Assembly: GCA_001789045.1 (NCBI GenBank)
Contig: MFYG01000013.1
Location: forward strand, 12,016 to 64,929
Source: Candidatus Peribacteria bacterium RIFCSPLOWO2_12_FULL_55_15
Lineage (GTDB): Bacteria; Patescibacteriota; Gracilibacteria; Peribacterales; Peribacteraceae
Direction: 5' to 3'
Length of the DNA stretch: 52,914 nt
Shown one piece after another: positions 10,216 to 19,815 of the stretch (position 1 is the stretch's first letter; each line of letters starts with the position of its first letter). The position numbers were made by a program, and so were the translations under genes. Below the pieces are notes generated by a model. It worked only from the letters and a program-made list of their open reading frames with translations. It was not told where the DNA came from and ran no database searches.

Positions 10216-12590
10216 ACAAACCGCTTTCAGCAGAAGAGTTGCAAAAAATCGATGCCTACTGGCGTGCAGCGAACTACCTGTCTGTGGGACAAATCTACCT
10301 CTTCGATAATCCACTCCTCAAGGAGCCGCTCAAATCCGAACACATCAAGCCGAGACTCCTCGGCCACTGGGGAACAACGCCAGGACTGAACTTCATCTAC
10401 GTCCATCTAAACCGCATCATCAGACAGAGAGACGTTACTATGATGTACGTCACGGGCCCAGGGCACGGCGGACCCGCGCTCGTGGCAAACACATATCTCG
10501 AAGGGACGTACAGCGAACTGTATCCGGATGTTTCCAGGGACGAAGCAGGAATGAAGCGTCTCTTCACCCAATTTTCCTTCCCAGGAGGCATCCCTAGTCA
10601 CGTGTCACCAAATGTGCCCGGATCCATTAATGAAGGAGGGGAATTGGGCTACGCGCTTGCGCACGCCTACGGCGCGGCGTTCGATAACCCGAATATAATC
10701 GTCGCATGCGTCGTCGGAGACGGCGAAGCCGAAACCGGCCCGCTCGCCACTAGCTGGCACAGCAACAAATTTCTCAATCCGGCTCGCGACGGAGCGGTGC
10801 TGCCAATTCTCCACCTCAATGGATATAAGATCGCCGGTCCGACTGTGCTCGGGCGTATACCTAAAGAGGAACTGACGAAGCTGTTCGAGGGATACGGATA
10901 CGCTCCACACTACATAGAGGGGGAAGAGCCGGCAATGATGCACCAACAGATGGCCAGCACGCTCGATACCGTCATGGATGACATTGCCAATATCCAGAGA
11001 GACGCACGAAAGAATGGCCTCGGCCAGGGGCGTCCGCGGTGGCCGCTGATCATTCTGCGAAGCCTAAAAGGCTGGACAGGGCCAAAGGAGTCGGACGGTC
11101 TTCCGATCGAAGGAACATTTCGTGCCCATCAGGTTCCGCTGACGGACCCGAAGCATAATCCCGAACACCTGCGACTCCTCGAACAGTGGATGAAAAGTTA
11201 TACCCCCAAGGAGTTGTTCGATGAACATGGCACACTGCGTACGGAACTAGTGGAGCTCGCACCGAAAGGAGACAAACGCATGGGGAAGAACCCTCATACG
11301 AACGGCGGCATGCTCCTGCAGGATCTTCGTATGCCCGATTTCCGCACATACGCGCTGGAAGTGCCGCAGCCAGGCGCCGTCCTGGGCGAAGCGACGCGCG
11401 AACAAGGGAAATTCATTCGGGACGTACTCACATTCAATGAGAAACAGCGAAATTTTCGCGTATTCAGCCCCGATGAGACCGCTTCCAACAAATGGACAGC
11501 GGTATTTGACGCAACGAACCGCATGTCTGCAGCGGAGATCATTCCGACGGACGATCACATCGCGCATGACGGGCGAGTGATGGAAGTCTTGAGCGAACAT
11601 CTGTGCGAGGGCTGGCTGGAGGGATATTTACTCACTGGACGTCACGGATTCCTCTCCTGCTACGAGGCATTCATCCACATCATAGACTCGATGTTCAATC
11701 AGCATGCCAAATGGCTGAAGATCACGCGCCAGATCCCATGGAGACGGCCCATTGCGTCGCTCAACATCCTCCTCACATCGCACGTCTGGCAACAGGACCA
11801 CAATGGCTTTTCCCACCAGGATCCAGGATTCATTGATAACGTCGTGAACAAGAAGGCCGAAGTCGTCCGCATCTATCTGCCACCGGATGCAAATTCCCTC
11901 CTCTCCATCACCGACCACTGCCTTCGTAGCCGCAACTACATCAATGTCATCATTGCCGGAAAACAGCCGGCATTGCAGTGGCTCTCCATGGAGGACGCTG
12001 TCAAACACTGCACATCGGGGATCGGTATCTGGAACTTCGCGAGCAACGATCACCATGAAAAGCCCGACGTCGTCATGGCATGCGCCGGGGATGTGCCAAC
12101 ACTGGAGACGCTCGCAGCGGTACAGATATTGCGACAGTTCGCGTCCGCTCTGAAAGTTCGCGTCGTCAACGTCGTGGATCTGATGACGCTCCAGCCACAG
12201 GAAGAACATCCTCATGGATTGAGCAATCAGGATTTCGATAGCATTTTCACCATCGACACTCCAATCGTCTTCGCGTTTCATGGATACCCATGGCTCATCC
12301 ATCGTCTAACGTACCGTCGCACAAGCAACAAAAATCTGCACGTCCGAGGCTACAAGGAGGAGGGCACGACGACGACGCCGTTCGACATGCTCGTCCTGAA
12401 TGACCTGGATCGCTTCCATCTGGTGCAGGATGTCGTAGATCGCGTTCCGAAACTGCAGAGTGACGCTGCCAACATACGACAGAAGATGCGGGACAAGCTC
12501 AACGAGCACCGGCAGTACATCCACGAGCACGGCGAAGACATGCCGGAGATCCGGGAATGGAGATGGCTTACCGCTCCTGCTATCCAATGA
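10212..12590 (+). CDS. xfp: Phosphoketolase (XFP family)
   Basis: [41 protein letters not shown]. Confidence 0.97.
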   Translation: MNKPLSAEELQKIDAYWRAANYLSVGQIYLFDNPLLKEPLKSEHIKPRLLGHWGTTPGLNFIYVHLNRIIRQRDVTMMYVTGPGHGGPALVANTYLEGTYSELYPDVSRDEAGMKRLFTQFSFPGGIPSHVSPNVPGSINEGGELGYALAHAYGAAFDNPNIIVACVVGDGEAETGPLATSWHSNKFLNPARDGAVLPILHLNGYKIAGPTVLGRIPKEELTKLFEGYGYAPHYIEGEEPAMMHQQMASTLDTVMDDIANIQRDARKNGLGQGRPRWPLIILRSLKGWTGPKESDGLPIEGTFRAHQVPLTDPKHNPEHLRLLEQWMKSYTPKELFDEHGTLRTELVELAPKGDKRMGKNPHTNGGMLLQDLRMPDFRTYALEVPQPGAVLGEATREQGKFIRDVLTFNEKQRNFRVFSPDETASNKWTAVFDATNRMSAAEIIPTDDHIAHDGRVMEVLSEHLCEGWLEGYLLTGRHGFLSCYEAFIHIIDSMFNQHAKWLKITRQIPWRRPIASLNILLTSHVWQQDHNGFSHQDPGFIDNVVNKKAEVVRIYLPPDANSLLSITDHCLRSRNYINVIIAGKQPALQWLSMEDAVKHCTSGIGIWNFASNDHHEKPDVVMACAGDVPTLETLAAVQILRQFASALKVRVVNVVDLMTLQPQEEHPHGLSNQDFDSIFTIDTPIVFAFHGYPWLIHRLTYRRTSNKNLHVRGYKEEGTTTTPFDMLVLNDLDRFHLVQDVVDRVPKLQSDAANIRQKMRDKLNEHRQYIHEHGEDMPEIREWRWLTAPAIQ

Positions 12591-13294
12591 CACGCCTTCC
12601 GGAACTCGATGCCCTCCGCGGCCTCGCAGTCCTCCTCATGGTAATCTACCACGCAGCTTTTGTCCTGCAGTTCTTCTACGGATGGCAAATTGCCGTCTTC
12701 GCCGGAGGATGGTGGCTCCTCGCGCGGACCGCTGCCATCCTCTTTCTCCTCATCGCCAGCATCTGTTTCACAATCTCCTGGGAACGGACACCACCGCAGC
12801 TTCGCTGGGAAAAAATTGCCAAGCGCTTCGCGGTCCTCGCAAGTGCAGCGGCGCTCGTTTCCATCGGCACGTGGCTCATTGCTCCGCAAGACTTCGTAAA
12901 GTTCGGCATCCTTCACTTCTTCGCTCTCTCGACACTCCTCCTCCCACTCTTCTCCACACTGAAACACTGGAATGGGCTCCTCGGCGCCCTCGTCTTCTAC
13001 ATACCCACAATACTCACTATACCCACAATACCCACTTTACCCACCCTACTCGCCATTCCTCTCGGATTCCCTCCCTTAAATTTTTCCTCCCTCGACTACT
13101 TCCCAATTATCCCGTGGTTTGGGATAATCCTCCTAGGCACTGCACTGGCTCACGTTCTCAACCTACAATCGCACCCATTCCCAATACATCTCCCATCACC
13201 AAGAATCCTCCAATGGGCAGGCCGCCACTCCCTCGTTCTCTATCTCCTCCACCTACCACTCATTCTCGCCATCCTCAAGATGCTGCACACATGA
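12587..13294 (+). CDS. DUF1624 / HGSNAT-like membrane acyltransferase
   Basis: [41 protein letters not shown]. Confidence 0.85.
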   Translation: MTRLPELDALRGLAVLLMVIYHAAFVLQFFYGWQIAVFAGGWWLLARTAAILFLLIASICFTISWERTPPQLRWEKIAKRFAVLASAAALVSIGTWLIAPQDFVKFGILHFFALSTLLLPLFSTLKHWNGLLGALVFYIPTILTIPTIPTLPTLLAIPLGFPPLNFSSLDYFPIIPWFGIILLGTALAHVLNLQSHPFPIHLPSPRILQWAGRHSLVLYLLHLPLILAILKMLHT

Positions 13295-13297
13295 GTC

Positions 13298-14296
13298 TTA
13301 CCTCCATAAAAGACCGTAGAGCTCCAGTAAAATGAGGACAAACCACCCGAGCTGCAAAAAGAAAAATAATATGATCTGGACCATCTCGAAGTAATGGAAC
13401 TTCGATACCGAGAAATTCTCTGAAATGATCCCGTACACACCCTCGAGCGATTCGAGCTTCTCTTTGATCGACCGCCGCCATTCCGCGAACTTGTACTTGC
13501 GGCCGGCGAGATCGTAAAGCCGTGCATAATACCAGTCCCCGATCATCTTAATATCCCGATCAATCGCATCGAACTCCGCGATCGATTGTACGCGGAGGTG
13601 GATTACTTCCTCAAACGCCGTATTCATCTCGCGATTCCAGGACAGAGCACGCTTGGGTGTGGATGTCCGAACGAGCTTGCCGACACGCTGCAGACGCTTA
13701 TCGAGATCAGCATCAAGCATGCGATACCGCAGCAACTGATAATTCGCGAGTTCGATGAGTTCGACGATGGGCTCGATCTGACCAGTGGGTTCGAACACAA
13801 GCGCTCCGTCCCAATCAATGATCACGAGATCATCCTTGGCATACTTGATCTGTGATTCGAGCGTGTAACTCACCTCCTTCTCATCGAGCGAGAGCGGCTC
13901 CGATTTGAGGAAACACGCCATCGCATCCGCCCGTTCCAGGAACTGCTCCGGATCCCCATCGTAATGATCAATAATCCCGATCGCGTACTCCTCGCTGAGC
14001 ACCACATCTCCCCGATACTTGCGGACGAGCCGGTGACACTTCTTCGTGAGCTCCTCGCGCAACTGGAATGTCGACGATGAAAAAATGTCGTCAACCTCCC
14101 GCCGTACCTCGACCAGGAACACGTTGGGAGGATATGACCGCAGGACGAACTCCCTTTCGCGCCCAATGACGAACTGCTGGGGAATCGAGGCGCCGAAGTA
14201 GTGCGGTGCACTCTGGAGTGGCTTCACACTCTCCCCTTTCTCCCCCTTCTTCACCCACGCACTTTCCGCCATGACGAAGACAACCAGTCTGTGCAT
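13298..14296 (-). CDS. Hypothetical protein with C-terminal TM helix (possibly RMD1/DUF155-like)
   Basis: 332-aa ORF; IIDWDGA, IGDWYYARLY; hydrophobic C-terminus. Confidence 0.7.
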   Translation of the reverse strand: MHRLVVFVMAESAWVKKGEKGESVKPLQSAPHYFGASIPQQFVIGREREFVLRSYPPNVFLVEVRREVDDIFSSSTFQLREELTKKCHRLVRKYRGDVVLSEEYAIGIIDHYDGDPEQFLERADAMACFLKSEPLSLDEKEVSYTLESQIKYAKDDLVIIDWDGALVFEPTGQIEPIVELIELANYQLLRYRMLDADLDKRLQRVGKLVRTSTPKRALSWNREMNTAFEEVIHLRVQSIAEFDAIDRDIKMIGDWYYARLYDLAGRKYKFAEWRRSIKEKLESLEGVYGIISENFSVSKFHYFEMVQIILFFFLQLGWFVLILLELYGLLWR

Positions 14297-14321
14297 GTAC
14301 AGTATCTTACCACCATCCGAG

Positions 14322-14359
14322 TGGTGCCACGGGGTGGAATCGAACCACCGACCTCGGGC
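14322..14359 (-). repeat. Duplicate of the tRNA(CAT) 3' half (att-like direct repeat)
   Basis: 38-bp exact copy of 15082-15119, extending to 45 bp with 2 mismatches. Confidence 0.95.
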
Positions 14360-14386
14360 GTATAAGACTTATGCTACACTATACAT

Positions 14387-14773
14387 ATGACACAAGAAGA
14401 AGCCGTCTCGCACTGGCGAAAGAGGGCGCGGGCAGAGATGAAAGCCGCGCAGGCCTTATTTGAAAAGCAAGATTCTGAGTTGTATGGCGAAGTACTTTTT
14501 CACTGTCATCTGGCGCTTGAACTTGCCTTAAAGGCGGCGTACATACGGGAGAAAAATGCAGCGGCACCTTTCACACATGATCTCAATGAGATCGCGGATG
14601 CTCTCCGGGAAGAGTCGATAAAATTTGAGCGAGAAGCGTTTGAAGAAATTACAGAGTTTGCCATTCTCTCTCGATATGGCGACGAAGAGTGGCATGCTTC
14701 TCATGCAACAAGAGAAAAAGCTGAAGAGTGGCTGTCGAAAACGCAGAAATTCATTTTCAATATTCTCCCATGA
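14387..14773 (+). CDS. HEPN-domain protein (putative toxin)
   Basis: FHCHLALELALKA, THDL, SRYGD; ATGA overlap with the MNT gene. Confidence 0.85.
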   Translation: MTQEEAVSHWRKRARAEMKAAQALFEKQDSELYGEVLFHCHLALELALKAAYIREKNAAAPFTHDLNEIADALREESIKFEREAFEEITEFAILSRYGDEEWHASHATREKAEEWLSKTQKFIFNILP

Positions 14774-15081
14774 AACAGAAAGAAGCTCTCGCTTTGGCAA
14801 AAAAATACAAACAACTGCTGAAAGAGGCAGGCATTCCAGTTTCCGCTTTGATCGTGTTTGGCTCAGCCGCAAGGGATCGGATGCACGAGCAGAGTGATAT
14901 TGATATTGCGGTCATCGGAACGTCATTCAAAGGAAACCGCATCGAAGAAATGCTGGACGTTCGAAAATTGCGTTTCTCAGTCAGCTACAAAATTCAGCCC
15001 ATCTGGTTCTATCCGGAGCACCTAGAAGATAACTACTCGACCCTTGCACAGGAAATCAAGAAGGATGGAATTGCCGTGTAA
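14770..15081 (+). CDS. Minimal nucleotidyltransferase (MNT antitoxin)
   Basis: VFGSAAR...SDIDIAV (GS-x10-DxD). Confidence 0.9.
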   Translation: MKQKEALALAKKYKQLLKEAGIPVSALIVFGSAARDRMHEQSDIDIAVIGTSFKGNRIEEMLDVRKLRFSVSYKIQPIWFYPEHLEDNYSTLAQEIKKDGIAV

Positions 15082-15158
15082 TGGTGCCACGGGGTGGAAT
15101 CGAACCACCGACCTCGGGCTTATGAGTCCCGCGCTCTAACCGACTGAGCTACCGTGGC
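15082..15158 (-). tRNA. tRNA with CAT anticodon (elongator Met or Ile2)
   Basis: Cloverleaf GCCACGG...CCGTGGCACCA; loop CTCATAA; G1-C72 pair so not initiator. Confidence 0.93.
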
Positions 15159-15219
15159 ATACGAATAGATTACCTTCAACACAGCCTCCAGAACACACCA
15201 ACCCCGCTACAATGAGATC

Positions 15220-16188
15220 ATGATCGAATGTCAGCGCAAACTCCTAGGCGACAAAGTACGGAACGACGCGCTCTTCCACGCACTGAAGGCAATCATCACA
15301 CCTGGCTGCACCGTCACCGATATTGGATCGGGGACTGGCTTCCTAGGCTTTCTCGCTCTGAAACTCGGAGCAAAGCACTGCTATCTCTACGAGACATCGC
15401 ACGACCTCCTCACACTCAGCAGGCGCATCGCGCGCGCCAATGGACTCCATCGTGGATGTACATTCGTCCATGCACATTCACGAAACATGCGTTCGCCGAT
15501 GAAGACCGATATTGTGATATCTGAAACGCTCGGGAATTTCGCCACTGAAGAGCACATCATCGAGACCATGAACGATGCAAAACGATTCCTGAAACCAGAA
15601 GGAGTGCTCATCCCACAAAAACTGCGACAGTACGTTGCACCGGTCACAAACGATCGACTATGGAAGGAAATAAACATATGGGATGACATAACCCCAACTC
15701 TCGACTTCGCTGCCGCTAAAGAGGTTGCCCTGAATAATATGTATGTGAAAACAGTGAGGCCGGAAGACCTGCTGATCCCCCCTCCCCCACCACTCACCCC
15801 TCACCCTAACCCTCTCCCCTGGGGAGAGGGAAAATGGGACTCCCTCGACTTCACCAAGAAAAACACAAGCAAAAGAGAGGGGCTGGTGACGTGGATCATT
15901 CCACAAGAAACCACCGTCTATGGCTTCGCCGTTTGGTGGGAATGCGACCTTGTTCCCGGCATGACGCTCTCCACGAGTCCATTCGCCAGACCCACGCACT
16001 GGGAACAAATCTTCCTCCCCATCCTCTCTCCCATTACCACTAAAAAGGAAGATCGCCTCACATGCGCCGTTGCATCCGACTCGAACAGCAGGACATGTCT
16101 CAACGTAACCTGGAAAACGACGCTCCATAAAGGAAAACGGTGTATCGGACAACGGCAGGAACTCCGTAAGGGTATGATCTTCCCATGA
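15220..16188 (+). CDS. Protein-arginine-methyltransferase-like SAM-dependent methyltransferase
   Basis: DKVRN, DIGSGTG, DIVISETLGNFATEE (double-E-like loop), PTHWEQ. Confidence 0.75.
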   Translation: MIECQRKLLGDKVRNDALFHALKAIITPGCTVTDIGSGTGFLGFLALKLGAKHCYLYETSHDLLTLSRRIARANGLHRGCTFVHAHSRNMRSPMKTDIVISETLGNFATEEHIIETMNDAKRFLKPEGVLIPQKLRQYVAPVTNDRLWKEINIWDDITPTLDFAAAKEVALNNMYVKTVRPEDLLIPPPPPLTPHPNPLPWGEGKWDSLDFTKKNTSKREGLVTWIIPQETTVYGFAVWWECDLVPGMTLSTSPFARPTHWEQIFLPILSPITTKKEDRLTCAVASDSNSRTCLNVTWKTTLHKGKRCIGQRQELRKGMIFP

Positions 16189-16988
16189 AAATGATCCTCC
16201 TCTGTCTCCACGGATGGGGTGGTAGCAAAGAATCTTTCACGGAGCTTCGCAAGGCCCTCGAAGGAACGGATAGTGAAATCCTCACACCAGATCTCCCCGG
16301 CTTCGGCACAGAGCCGGAACCAACAACAGTCTGGGGCATCGACGAATACACGGAATGGGTAGAAGAATGGCTCCATAAAACCTACAACCTACAACCTACC
16401 CTTCGGCCTCCCGTTCAGGGTCTGAGGACCCCTCAGGGTCTCGAACGACGAGCTCATGGCCGAGAGGCAACCTACAACCTACTTCTCCTCGGACACTCGT
16501 TTGGTGGACAAATTGCTGTGAAACTCGCGCTCCGCGGAAACCTCCCGATCCGCCACCTCTTCCTCTGCGCCCCCGCCGCCATCCGCCCATGCTTTTCACT
16601 CAAACGAACCGTGGGATACGTAATCGCAAAATGCGGCAAGACGCTCCTCGCTCTCCCCGGTCTCCACCTCCTCCAACCGATCTTCCGAGCAGTCCTCTAC
16701 CGCCTAATGGGCGTGCACGATTATGAACGAGCTTCTCCACTGATGCAGAAGACTATGCTCCGCGTAACGCACCAGGACCTCACACAAGAGCTCCACCGCC
16801 TCTCGCTCCCCGTCGACCTCTTCTGGGGCCTCGATGATCGCATCACTCCCCTCTGGAAAGGCCAGCGCATGAACAAACTCATCCCCGGAAGCTCCATCCA
16901 TGCTTTCCCAAACACCCGCCACGGAGTCCATCGCGATCGGGCACAGGAGATTGCAGCCATTATCACCGCTAGAATAAACAGGAAATGA
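16185..16988 (+). CDS. Alpha/beta hydrolase
   Basis: LHGWG, DLPGFG, GHSFGG, WGLDDRITP, His near C-terminus; carries a repeat-derived insertion. Confidence 0.88.
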   Translation: MKMILLCLHGWGGSKESFTELRKALEGTDSEILTPDLPGFGTEPEPTTVWGIDEYTEWVEEWLHKTYNLQPTLRPPVQGLRTPQGLERRAHGREATYNLLLLGHSFGGQIAVKLALRGNLPIRHLFLCAPAAIRPCFSLKRTVGYVIAKCGKTLLALPGLHLLQPIFRAVLYRLMGVHDYERASPLMQKTMLRVTHQDLTQELHRLSLPVDLFWGLDDRITPLWKGQRMNKLIPGSSIHAFPNTRHGVHRDRAQEIAAIITARINRK

Positions 16989-18553
16989 CGCAATCTCTCC
17001 TCATTGGACTGACCATCGTCGCCAGCCTCTCCCCCCTCCTGACGTTCGCCCACCTATTCCAACTGAAAGAGTGGCGACTAGACCGCCTGCGGGAACACCT
17101 GAGGGAAACAGGATGGCTGCAACTTACCGGAACAGTGCGCCCAGTGGCACTGTCCATACTGATACTCCTGTTTCAAATTCCCAGCCTTCGCAATTCTCAA
17201 TTTCTCAATTTTCAATTCGTCGCATTGGGTGCTCTCACCCTCCTCAACGTCGCACAAATCCTTCTTAAAAAACAGCCGTATCCAGTCTGGACGCAGAAAG
17301 CGATCACACTCGTCATGGGAAGCCTCATCCTCACAGCCATAGCGAGTTATTGGTTATCGGTTATTGGTTATTGGTTTCCCATTGTGTTCATACCATTACT
17401 GCAATTCCTTGTCCTAACCATTGCCCTCATCCTCCTTTCCCCTCTCGATTACTTTCTCAAACAACACATTCACGCTCGTGCTTGCACACTCCGCGCCCAA
17501 TTCCCAGATCTCACCGTCATTGGCATCACAGGAAGTGCGGGAAAGACAACAACGAAAGAACTCCTCGCCCACATCCTTGGACCGGAGCACGCCCTCGCCA
17601 CGCCGGAACACGTGAATAGTGAACTCGGCGTCGCTCAATGGCTCATAACAAACCTACAACCTACCACCTACAACCTACAACCTGTACTCATCGTCGAAAT
17701 GGGCGCCTACCGCGCAGGCGAAATTGCGACCCTCTGCACAATCACACAACCGACCATCGGCATCATTACCTCCATCGGCACCCAACACATTGGTCTCTTC
17801 GGTTCGCAGAAAGCAATTGCCAAAGCAAAGGGGGAACTCTTCGAAGCACTACCTCCGCACGGCCAAGCCTTCACCGGAGAAGGCCCGTTCACTCAGTACC
17901 TCCAAACGCTCTGCAGATGTCCGATGACGGTTGTTTCTCCCTTCCCCCTTCACATTTCCCTCTCCCCCGTCCCCCTGCCTGCCGGCAGGCAGGCTCTCCC
18001 CGCTGCGGCAGGAGAGGGGGGGAACGGTATCTCCTTCCACTTCCTCGAACGAGAATGGCATGTGCCACTCCACGGCACCCACAACGCAACAAATGCCGCT
18101 CTCGCGATCGCCGTCGCCCGTTACATCGGAACCCACGATGAGGCCATCGCAGAGCGACTCCGAACCTTCCGGCCATCGGCCCACACATTCTCCATCCGGG
18201 AAGAACGCGGCATCCAAATCCTCGATGACACCCACAACGCGAGCCCGGAGAGCTTCCGCGCGGCAATCGTTTGGGCAAAAAACCAGCAACATCCCCATAA
18301 AGTTCTCCTCTCCCCCGGCATCATCGAACAGGGCAGCAACATCCAAACCATCCATCGAGAACTGGGATCGCTCGCAAAAGATGTCTTCGCCGACGCCTTC
18401 ATTCTGAACAAAAAACTTGCTCAATATTTTGAACAGGGCTTCGTGGAACCCGTTCGTTCCCTACCCCCTACCCCCTACCCCCTACCCCCTCACACACTCC
18501 TCGTCTGCGTCGGAAGAGTGCCACAAAACACCATTCAAAAATTCCTCCCATGA
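16985..18553 (+). CDS. murF: MurF-like Mur ligase with N-terminal membrane segments
   Basis: GITGSAGKTTTKE, VEMGAY, DDTHNASP, PGIIEQG. Confidence 0.85.
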   Translation: MTQSLLIGLTIVASLSPLLTFAHLFQLKEWRLDRLREHLRETGWLQLTGTVRPVALSILILLFQIPSLRNSQFLNFQFVALGALTLLNVAQILLKKQPYPVWTQKAITLVMGSLILTAIASYWLSVIGYWFPIVFIPLLQFLVLTIALILLSPLDYFLKQHIHARACTLRAQFPDLTVIGITGSAGKTTTKELLAHILGPEHALATPEHVNSELGVAQWLITNLQPTTYNLQPVLIVEMGAYRAGEIATLCTITQPTIGIITSIGTQHIGLFGSQKAIAKAKGELFEALPPHGQAFTGEGPFTQYLQTLCRCPMTVVSPFPLHISLSPVPLPAGRQALPAAAGEGGNGISFHFLEREWHVPLHGTHNATNAALAIAVARYIGTHDEAIAERLRTFRPSAHTFSIREERGIQILDDTHNASPESFRAAIVWAKNQQHPHKVLLSPGIIEQGSNIQTIHRELGSLAKDVFADAFILNKKLAQYFEQGFVEPVRSLPPTPYPLPPHTLLVCVGRVPQNTIQKFLP

Positions 18554-19815
18554 TTTTCCACCCCATCCACCACACCTTCGCCCCCCACGTCGATGCGGCA
18601 TACGCATGGGCTGCTCTCAGACTGCTCTTCAAGCCCTGGAAATGGCAAAAGGGGAAGGAAACGGATGAACTCCGCGCTGCGCTCACGCGGCACTTTCAGG
18701 CTGACTCTATCCTCTTCGCCTCCGGCCGCGAAGCGCTCCTCGCGCTCCTCCAAACAATGAATGTCGGTAAAGGTGACGAGGTGGTCATCCAAAGCTTCAC
18801 ATGCCTCGTCGTCCCAAATGCCATCGCGGCGAGCGGAGCGACCCCCATCTACGCCGACATTGATCCGGAAACCCTCAACCTTACGCCGGAAACCGTCGAG
18901 CGCGTCATCAGCAACAGGACAAAAGCCGTCATCTGCCAACACACCTTTGGCATCCCTGCCGACACGGAACGCCTCCGCGACCTTTGCGATCAATACGAAC
19001 TCCCCATCATTGAGGACTGCGCCCACATCATTCCTGATACAGAAGGACCGAAGGAAATCGGAAAGTACGGCGACTACCTCATCCTGAGCTTTGGAAGAGA
19101 TAAAGCCATCTCGGGGATCACTGGGGGTGCCTTGGTTATAAAAAACGTCGCGTGTCATGGTGAGCCCGTCGAACCATCACGCGGCGCCATCCTTCGACGA
19201 GCTCAGGATGACACCTATCCATTTTCTCACGTCCGTATCCTCCGCCTCCTCCTCTATCCCATCCTCTACTTCATCGCACGACCGTTCTACAGTCTCGGCA
19301 TCGGAAAAATTCTCCTCTGGCTCGCAGCAAAAGCCGGCCTCCTCGTCCCCATTGTCACAAAGAAGGAAAAGGAGGGACAAATGGACACAACACTCCATGC
19401 CATTCCCAACGCCTGCGCTGCCCTCGCTCTCACACAATTCCGCAAGCTCCAGCAGATCAATGACCATCGACGCATGCTCACGAAATTTTACCTGCAAGCA
19501 TGTAAAGATCGAGAATGGCGGGTGCTCGACGGCATCACCGAAGATCTCCCCATCCAGAAGTTTCCGTTGTTTCCCTCTCCCACAGAATCCCCTCTCCCCG
19601 CGGGAGAGGGTCAGGGTGAGAGGCTAGCCAGTCGCATCCGTACTCTCCTTAAACGTCGGAACATCCACATATCAGACGGCTGGACCGGATGCACCATTTG
19701 CCCGCCATCGGCAGAAGGAATGGCCACTAGCATCCTCTCGCTTCCCACACATCCAACAATGTCTTTAGTGCAAGCCCACACCATCATAGATACAATCGCC
19801 AAGTGCCAACGGTAA
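18550..19815 (+). CDS. DegT/DnrJ/EryC1/StrS-family PLP aminotransferase
   Basis: SGREAL, QHTFG, IEDCAH, SFGRDK, LSLPTH. Confidence 0.88.
   Translation: MIFHPIHHTFAPHVDAAYAWAALRLLFKPWKWQKGKETDELRAALTRHFQADSILFASGREALLALLQTMNVGKGDEVVIQSFTCLVVPNAIAASGATPIYADIDPETLNLTPETVERVISNRTKAVICQHTFGIPADTERLRDLCDQYELPIIEDCAHIIPDTEGPKEIGKYGDYLILSFGRDKAISGITGGALVIKNVACHGEPVEPSRGAILRRAQDDTYPFSHVRILRLLLYPILYFIARPFYSLGIGKILLWLAAKAGLLVPIVTKKEKEGQMDTTLHAIPNACAALALTQFRKLQQINDHRRMLTKFYLQACKDREWRVLDGITEDLPIQKFPLFPSPTESPLPAGEGQGERLASRIRTLLKRRNIHISDGWTGCTICPPSAEGMATSILSLPTHPTMSLVQAHTIIDTIAKCQR

Larger units (their letters stand above)
14322..15119. mobile_element. Minimal tRNA-anchored islet carrying a HEPN-MNT module
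   Basis: Bounded by tRNA 3'-half direct repeats; contains only two ORFs and no integrase. Confidence 0.75.

Noticed and set aside
14322-14366. Second tRNA gene
   Set aside because: Only the 3' half is present; there is no D-arm or 5' acceptor strand.
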